From the NCBI RefSeq assembly GCF_022045235.1, contig NW_027266285.1:2976001-3040000 (forward strand): a DNA stretch of 64,000 nucleotides, in the 5' to 3' direction. Under the pieces are notes generated by a model that had not been told where the DNA came from, searched no databases, and worked only from the letters and a program-made list of their open reading frames with translations. Source of the stretch: Haliotis cracherodii (lineage: Eukaryota). The position numbers were made by a program, and so were the translations under genes. Shown here one piece after another: positions 61,606 to 64,000 of this stretch. Within the stretch, counting starts at the first letter, position 1; the number at the start of each line of letters is the position of its first letter.

Positions 61606-64000
61606 CTAAATACTGTACAATTGTTTGACGTGAGAAATGGTATTACTTAATTTTATGACTTCATTAAAATATTAAATCAGATTCGAATCATTTAATTCTG
61701 TTGAAGTCACAGTGCTTGATTGGGAATGTGAGTGTCGCACGCCCCCAACAACACCCTAATCCCCTCCCTTTAACACCAGCCCCTGTGGCCACACATATGG
61801 TACACTCATTAAAAACCATCCGCGTGATGTTTGAAAAACATTTATATAACAATTTACGTGGGGTGCTATTACTTCATAGATTTATATCGGGAAACACATC
61901 CACTTGCAAACCCCCGTCCCGTGCTGAGAAAACCGGAACCAGTAACCTACACAAACTCTCTCATGCTCCCAAGCACAATGCACTAACTGTCACTTCCTAG
62001 AAACACTCTCGGACGTTATCTATTGTTTTCGGAGGCTGATGGGATGGACAGAATGTCATCTAATGATCTATCTTGCCAGATTCAAGGAAGCTCAAAGACA
62101 CAATGAAATCTGGTGGTGTTTTTTTCAAACTTTAAAATAACCTGTACCCAGCTGAAATATATCCTCACAAACAACATAATAAGCTGTATTTACTGTTGTA
62201 CCGATACATTAATCCTATGCCATTGGTTTTGTCGTTATATTGTTTGCTTTGTATATTCATCCCACCTTGTGCTGTGTAAACATACCATGACTTAAAATAA
62301 GATTTAGTTTCCGATCCTGGGATTCGTACCCAGATACCGTTTCTTTGTTGTTTCAGAACTCACTATCAATTCGGCCACATTTAGAAGTCAACATCTGTAA
62401 ATATTACAAACTTTTCTTAAACATATGCAAAAAAATGTTTTTTGCTTGTAAATTGATTATAACCTGATACAATCGCATCTTCACGATTTCATCAATAAAA
62501 TACTTTTGTCTTTTAATTGATAAAAGATGTGTCTGGGCGCTCGTCGTCGTGTCATCAACACACATGTTGACACGCGAAATTGACTTAAGCGCCGGTCGAG
62601 TCTACTTCTGTCCTGGGGGACAAAGAGCCAGTATTTGTCTACATTCGATATTTGACATATTTTTGTACTTTATTCTCATATATTTGACCGTTATTCAGTC
62701 TTACTTTCCCTTTGCTTTCTTTCATCGGGTCTGACGATCCTAAACATGGCCTCGAAGGCTTGTTTAATCCTGTACACAAGCATTAAGAGTGTTTAAACGG
62801 TGAGAGCGAGAGAGCGTACGGGGACAGCGGAAATCTGGACACAACACTCCCTTCCGTCTCTGTCAAAACAGGAAAGACATTTTTATCTGTAAAGTTAGCG
62901 GCAATTGTGCTAAACGTGACTTAGCTAAATCAGCATGTTTGGATCGGGACTACAGATCGTGAGTGTATTGGTTAACTCCGCCTACAAACTGTGTCGCAAG
63001 GCAAGGTTTCGAGTTGTGACTCCACCCACGATATGATAATGTCGACGTGTTTTGAATATTGTTTACTGCGAATGGGACTTTATATATACAATTCGTACAT
63101 GCGTTAATCTAAACATATCCGATTTTCCCTTACTTGTTAATTTGGCGCATGAGTCGTGTGAGCCGTTGTAATTCGCGGTCCAGAGTTACGTTCCTTAGAT
63201 GAGTTAGGATCCTATGTTCGTGGGTTCGAATCTACGATTCGTTCTGGTTATGAGCCATGGTTTGTAAGCACCATACCGTGCTCGTGGTTTTCACCAATGT
63301 AAACGTTTGAAAGATTGTTCAAAAAGACCCTAAACCCGCTGACTTGATTTGGTTATTGTAATTTAACGAGGTATGGCAACCCGCTGAATGTATTAGAAGG
63401 TAAAATTATAATGCGGTATTTGCTAAATGTACCATTTACTTAGAAAAGACAGCCTTATAGCCTTTAAAATGGAAAGGAGGCTCTGGCGAAATGGCAGTCA
63501 AGTCGATGGCGGTCTGGCATGTAACCCGTTCTCCGATACCCGATATTTCCTTTCTAATGTGGATCAAGGGAATGTGGACTTTATCGGGCACAATCCGTCA
63601 GCGATGAGCAATATTATTAGCGAGTTAGTCCCGTATTAACGGCTTTCCAGATTTCTGCAAGGCTCCCTTATAACAATGGGAATTATAGAGAAAAACAATT
63701 AACAGGTCAAATCGGTCAACTGAAGAGAGAAATCTCATCACCTCATACAACGGTAATAACCATGTCATGTACGCATGTTACTTCGTTCGACGCTGAAGAG
63801 TAGGCGTTGCTTTGATATTGCTGACTGCGACCAAAACAGTATTCACTCACTCACTTGTTGAGAGTAGCTCGTGCTGTCAAGCCTGTTATGTCACTTTGTA
63901 ATGTATCGTAGTGGCCATGATACCAGTGGTGATATCGTAATGCAACATGCTGCAAATATTGCATGACATGTGGTATGGTGTGGTCAGTTAACATCAGGGA

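Noticed and set aside
56000-64000. Further upstream GPR158-like exons (TM1, ectodomain)
   Set aside because: None recognised by eye; probably beyond the window end, though a small exon could have been missed

Overview
Eukaryotic, AT-rich, repeat-dense genomic DNA, most likely molluscan; the (CACT)n-tailed tRNA SINEs suggest a gastropod such as abalone, which is an inference. There are three assembly gaps. I can read three spliced genes by hand. (1) A + strand Golgi carbohydrate sulfotransferase-like gene (CHST8-14/Sulfotransfer_2 family; catalytic exon 6530-7630) whose PAPS-binding motifs are degenerate, so it may be a pseudo-enzyme. (2) A + strand SLC6 (Na+/Cl- neurotransmitter/amino-acid symporter) gene with 14 coding exons, 15862-31056. 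Its start exon was not found, and it has one GC-AG intron. (3) The 3' half of a - strand class C GPCR of the GPR158/GPR179 (Drosophila CG31760-like) group, with 7 exons, 55972-39724; the gene continues beyond the window. Introns and intergenic DNA carry many unrelated minisatellites (23, 28, 46, 47, 51, 83 and 170 bp units), several SINE families, two LINE fragments, palindromic non-autonomous elements and two copies of a short element with a minimal hammerhead-ribozyme motif. The most unusual signal is tandem repeats physically built into splice sites: a 51-bp satellite whose terminal copy is the GPCR's 3' splice site, and a 35-bp repeat spanning the SLC6 GC donor. All gene models were derived manually and have no transcript support.
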